Shown: positions 60,147 to 64,000 of the stretch, piece after piece
Layout: every line of letters starts with the position of its first letter
How positions within the stretch are numbered: the first letter of the stretch is position 1
Source of the DNA: Clostridia bacterium
GTDB lineage: Bacteria > Bacillota > Clostridia > Oscillospirales > CAG-382
Reading direction: 5' to 3'
Length of the DNA stretch: 64,000 nt
NCBI GenBank assembly: GCA_017434845.1
Contig: JAFSGD010000060.1
Location: 5,862 to 69,861, forward strand
Program-made: the position numbers and the translations under genes
The notes under the pieces: generated by a model
The model's input: only the letters and a program-made list of their open reading frames with translations
Database searches by the model: none
Told to the model about the DNA's origin: nothing

Positions 60147-61019
60147 TCAGTAAATTTTATTAAGCTTTAGGTTGGGATAATAAAAAGAAATTATTTCATC
60201 ATAGTCTTTTCCTGCCCGTGCCATTCGCTCGGCACCGCAAAGGTTTAAGCCAAAGCCGTTGCCGGCGCCGAAGCAGGTTATTTCGGCGCCGTTTTCGGTG
60301 AAGGAAAAGACGAATTCCGAGCAAGGCAAGGAAAGCGAAGAGGCAAGCGAGCTTGCATCAAGGCAAATTCCGTTGAAAACGCCGAACGAGCATTTTCCCG
60401 ATGCATCGTAGGCAATAAACGAATTTTTCACCAACTGCTCGGGCGTGCAGGAGGAAAGCTCGGGCAGTGCCGAAGCTATTTGCGAAAAGCTGAAGCTATG
60501 CTCGGTTATATGAACATCGCACTCCTGCGGCTCCGAAACGGCGCAAAGATAGCTTAGCTCGGCGTTTGCGCGCGTTCCGCTTCCCGCACAGTATGTAAAA
60601 AGTGCCGCAGCGGGCAGGCGTTCGAACTGCAACACCTCGCCGCGAGTTTCCTCAACCGCCTTTTTGCATTCCTCATAAATCGGTTGCGAGAGAGAATCGG
60701 GATCGGCAATCCGCAAACAGCATTCGGGGTCGGAGCAAATATCGAACTCTTGGTGCTTATAGCCGTTGAAATCGATATATACCGCAAGCGAACGCGCCGA
60801 AACGGCAAGCGCCTTTTTTGATTCGAACGAGCAAGCAAGCTCGCTTTCGGCGGCAAGCACGCAAAGCGCGAATTCCTCGGCGGAAAGCTCTTTTATTTCC
60901 CCGCCCGAAAAAAACGTTATTTTCGGAACGGGGTCTGCCACGGCGGCTTTTTCGGAAACGAAGGGAACGGTTACGGTAATTGCGAAAACAGCAAAAAAAT
61001 AAAGCAACCAGTTTTTCAT
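60147..61019 (-). CDS. spoIID: SpoIID-like protein, divergent
   Basis: EEF..CVLAAE, KALAV.ARS, DICSDPECC, AVEETRGE.L, G.G.G.G, II.FYYP. Confidence 0.72.
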   Translation of the reverse strand: MKNWLLYFFAVFAITVTVPFVSEKAAVADPVPKITFFSGGEIKELSAEEFALCVLAAESELACSFESKKALAVSARSLAVYIDFNGYKHQEFDICSDPECCLRIADPDSLSQPIYEECKKAVEETRGEVLQFERLPAAALFTYCAGSGTRANAELSYLCAVSEPQECDVHITEHSFSFSQIASALPELSSCTPEQLVKNSFIAYDASGKCSFGVFNGICLDASSLASSLSLPCSEFVFSFTENGAEITCFGAGNGFGLNLCGAERMARAGKDYDEIISFYYPNLKLNKIY

Positions 61020-61073
61020 AGTTAACATCCTTTAAAAACCCGTTTGCTTTATTTATATTCTGTTTTAAAAAGT

Positions 61074-61895
61074 TTATGCCTCCAAAGCCGCATCCTTTTC
61101 GACGATGCGGGTGTTGCACATACGGCAACAGATATAAACGCCGATAGCCAGATCAACTATCGAGAAGGAAGAATAATAGTTGAAATCAAAGTTGCCGAAG
61201 CAGAACAGCGCAATGTTGGGAACAGCGTAAATCAAAAGGAAGAACACCGAAGCAAAGCCGAAGAAATAATAAACGGCGGCGCTTCCGCGCGAGATCTGCG
61301 CCTTGCCCTCACAAAGAAAATAAAGCAGAACCGCAACAAGACCAACAAGGTGATATGCACCCGAGGATGCAAGCGGCATTGCGTTGGTTCTTATAAAATC
61401 GCCGAGCAGGCGGAATGCCGAAAGCAAAATGGGAAGAAGCGCAAGCAGGCCGAGAACGGTTTTGGAACGTTTTTTCGAGCAGGAGCTTTGAACGTTGAAC
61501 AAGAACGAAACAGCACAAATAACCGTTAGCGCAAATATAACGACGCCGAGGCTTCTTATTTCGGATTCACCGATAACTATCGAATAGATATAAATTATCG
61601 CCTCGCCGATAAGAGTGAAAGCGAAAATAAGCGATCCGACCGAAATCGATGCTGAACCGTTTTCTAATACAAGGCGTTTTTTCCTGCCGAGCTTAACGGC
61701 AGAAAAGACAAAAACCGCCAAAAACAAAGCTGCCAATGCGGCAAAGCCGAGAACAGCAAGGTTTTCGGGAAGATAATATGCATTTATGCCGCTAACGTTT
61801 TTTTCCATGAAAAAAGAAACGATAACGGTTCTTATAGCCGACATTATGATCGAAGCCGATATAACCGCCAAAACGCGTTTTTTCTGCACCGACAT
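61074..61895 (-). CDS. Hypothetical polytopic membrane protein
   Basis: About eight hydrophobic segments. Confidence 0.75.
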   Translation of the reverse strand: MSVQKKRVLAVISASIIMSAIRTVIVSFFMEKNVSGINAYYLPENLAVLGFAALAALFLAVFVFSAVKLGRKKRLVLENGSASISVGSLIFAFTLIGEAIIYIYSIVIGESEIRSLGVVIFALTVICAVSFLFNVQSSCSKKRSKTVLGLLALLPILLSAFRLLGDFIRTNAMPLASSGAYHLVGLVAVLLYFLCEGKAQISRGSAAVYYFFGFASVFFLLIYAVPNIALFCFGNFDFNYYSSFSIVDLAIGVYICCRMCNTRIVEKDAALEA

Positions 61896-61901
61896 AAACA
61901 A

Positions 61902-61962
61902 AAACCCCATTTCGAATAGATAATGCTTCATAACATTATATATTCGAAAACGGGGTTTGTAA
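61902..61962 (-). terminator. Long inverted repeat: terminator for the upstream gene that also holds the promoter of the next gene
   Basis: Arms 61902-61925 / 61934-61958 followed by a T tail on the minus strand; TTTACA-17-TATAAT lies in the 5' arm. Confidence 0.55.
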
Positions 61963-61993
61963 AGAGTCTTTGCGTTTTTTTACACTTTTTTAA

Positions 61994-63649
61994 TTATTTT
62001 TGCGTCGCATAGCCAAGCTCGGTGCCCTTATAGAAGAAGCTTAGGATATATTTGAAGTTATATCCCTGCGAAGCGAGCGTTTCGCTTCCCTGCTTTGAAA
62101 TGCCGACACCGTGGCCTCTGCCCTGACCGTTAACGATGAGCTTATCGGCGGAAAGAGACGCGCCCGAGGGGAGCTTATAATCGGTATCGCCGAAGCCCTC
62201 GATAGCCTCATAGCCGTTTTCGGTCATAACACCGCTAACCTGTTTTGTTTCGACGGTTCCGTCGGAGGTCAGCACCTTCATTTCGGAAACGTAGCCGATC
62301 TTGAAGTTTGCGCTTTGATAGCCGCAAGCCATTCTTACCTTTTCGCTGCTTTTTATCTCGACGCTGTTGCCCTTGCCGTCGGTTACCACAAGACGCGTTA
62401 TATAATCCGAGCCGTGAGGATCGGTTGCGGTGATTTTCATGGTAAGGTCAGAATCCTTAAGCTTAGAAAAGGCATCGCGGGATTTTATAAACTTATAAAA
62501 CTCTTCCTTGGTATATTCATGATCCCAAACGTAAGGCTTTTTTTCCTCGAGCTGAACCGAGGTCAAATAGCTTACGTTGCCGCCCCAAGCCGCAACCGAC
62601 GAGCAGGTCGCGTTACCGCTCGAAACGTGATAAACGGTTCGGGTGGGCTTGCCGTTGATCGTGCAGATAAGGCCGCGGGTTGCATCAACAAGCTTATTGT
62701 TGCGCTCATCGAAGCGATAAGAGCCGTAATATGCCTGACAGCAGGTCGTTTGGCAAACGTCGAAGCCGAGGCTTCCGTGCTTGCGGTTTTGGGGGAAGGT
62801 TCGAACGAGAACCGAGAACACCTTAACCGTTTCGTCCGAAGCGGAATAGCCGATCTCGTTGGTGATAACACATTTAACGTAGGTCTCGAGCGGAAGCGTG
62901 TTAACCATTGAAAGCTTGTTGTCGCTAACCGAATAGGTGAAGAAGCCAAAATATGCATAACGACTGGTTTTACTGTTGCGGGTAACGGGAATTTTTACGG
63001 TTCCGCCGTTTTTATCGCGAAGCGCAAAGGGGCGCGAGGCATCCTCGAAGGTGAAAAGAATTTTTCCCGTAGAGGAATCGACAACGGTTATTCCGCCCGA
63101 AGCGGGAGACGCAACCGGTCTGCCGTTAGATGCCGCCTTTGCCGCATCATAGCTTTGGGAGGGATTGACGCGAACCTCATAGCCGCCCGAAACGACGGCA
63201 ACGAAGCCGCCGACGCTTTTTGCCGAAGCCTTTGCCGCATCATAGCTTGAATGCTTTCCGACGATAACGCTGTATGCGCCGATGCTTCCGTTACCGGCAG
63301 AGCAATCCTTATCGGAGGACGAAAGATCGATGCTTGCATTCACCTGCGGAAGAATAACCACCGAGGTGTTGCTTATCGAAAACAGCTTGTTGAATTCTCG
63401 GCTTGCGTTTGTTGCATAGCCGATATCAAAGCCGTTTTGCGAAACGTTAAGCGAAGAAAAGCGCCTTGTGTTTATAAGGCTTGTTTTGGTATAAAGCCCT
63501 ACGCGAACGTTGGGCTCAACGTATTGCGAACCGTTTTCCTTTGCCGAAACGCTTTTTGCGTTCTCGGCGGGAAGCATTACCGCGCCTGCGCAGAATACGA
63601 TCGCGAGCACGGCTGAAATAAGACGGCTTTTAAGATCAAACGATCTCAT
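61994..63649 (-). CDS. SpoIID/LytB-domain exported protein
   Basis: Signal peptide, VRVGL, SPOR-like SYDAAKA repeats, LETYVKCVITNE, FDVCQTTCCQAY, GRGHGVGIS. Confidence 0.88.
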   Translation of the reverse strand: MRSFDLKSRLISAVLAIVFCAGAVMLPAENAKSVSAKENGSQYVEPNVRVGLYTKTSLINTRRFSSLNVSQNGFDIGYATNASREFNKLFSISNTSVVILPQVNASIDLSSSDKDCSAGNGSIGAYSVIVGKHSSYDAAKASAKSVGGFVAVVSGGYEVRVNPSQSYDAAKAASNGRPVASPASGGITVVDSSTGKILFTFEDASRPFALRDKNGGTVKIPVTRNSKTSRYAYFGFFTYSVSDNKLSMVNTLPLETYVKCVITNEIGYSASDETVKVFSVLVRTFPQNRKHGSLGFDVCQTTCCQAYYGSYRFDERNNKLVDATRGLICTINGKPTRTVYHVSSGNATCSSVAAWGGNVSYLTSVQLEEKKPYVWDHEYTKEEFYKFIKSRDAFSKLKDSDLTMKITATDPHGSDYITRLVVTDGKGNSVEIKSSEKVRMACGYQSANFKIGYVSEMKVLTSDGTVETKQVSGVMTENGYEAIEGFGDTDYKLPSGASLSADKLIVNGQGRGHGVGISKQGSETLASQGYNFKYILSFFYKGTELGYATQK

Positions 63650-64000
63650 AGCTGCCCCTTATTGTGAAATAAGCCGAAGCGCCGGTTACAAGAACCGCCT
63701 TTTTGGATTGGCTTGCCGAAGAAAAATAGATATGCCCGTATTCAAGAGCCTCGCCCGAGAATATCTCGGTGTTGCCCGACATATCGGTTATTCCCTCGCC
63801 CTCTTTGTTCGAAGAGGTTATTGCAACGGCACCGCCGCCGCGATAGATAAGCTCGCTTTCGGAAGAAAGCAGGATGATCTCGCCCTCTTTTACGACCACC
63901 TCGTTATAAACGGTATCAACCGTTATTCCTCCCGAAGCGGTAAGCTCGGCGATGATCTCCTTTTTAAGCTGTTCGCGAAGCTGTTTTAAATACCCGTAAG
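63636..64000 (-). CDS. Hypothetical protein, 5'-truncated by the window end
   Basis: The frame stays open to 64000 (YGYLKQLREQLKK...YFTIRGSYEIV*); overlaps the start of the next gene. Confidence 0.7.
   Translation of the reverse strand, partial: YGYLKQLREQLKKEIIAELTASGGITVDTVYNEVVVKEGEIILLSSESELIYRGGGAVAITSSNKEGEGITDMSGNTEIFSGEALEYGHIYFSSASQSKKAVLVTGASAYFTIRGSYEIV

Overview
A 64-kb chromosomal segment of a spore-forming Clostridia (Oscillospirales-like) bacterium; the taxonomy is inferred from gene content. Most of it is housekeeping: argG-H-C-J-B-D-F with an ARG box, ruvCAB, ecfA1-A2-T-truA, ktr/trk, a ClpC/E-type ATPase, mscL, sigK, thrS with a Thr T-box, an FMN riboswitch-ribU, paaK-iorA-iorB-paaK-ACT, mtaD-ahcY-deoD-nrdR, nfnAB and spoIID/spoIIQ-like genes. 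I saw no rRNA, tRNA, CRISPR array, integrase or transposase. The most unusual signals are: (1) a full-length P-type ATPase homologue that has lost every catalytic motif; (2) an intact but motif-degenerate RnfC/RnfD pair; (3) an mtaD-ahcY(HLEAKT)-deoD cluster that looks like a bacterial S-inosylhomocysteine route; (4) a promoter+RBS fused to a start-less half-dockerin next to a nested direct/inverted repeat array; (5) two single-codon lesions in ABC ATPases (an in-frame TAG at the A-loop of ecfA1 and a Walker A G->V). All calls come from motif recognition by eye; no database searches were run.
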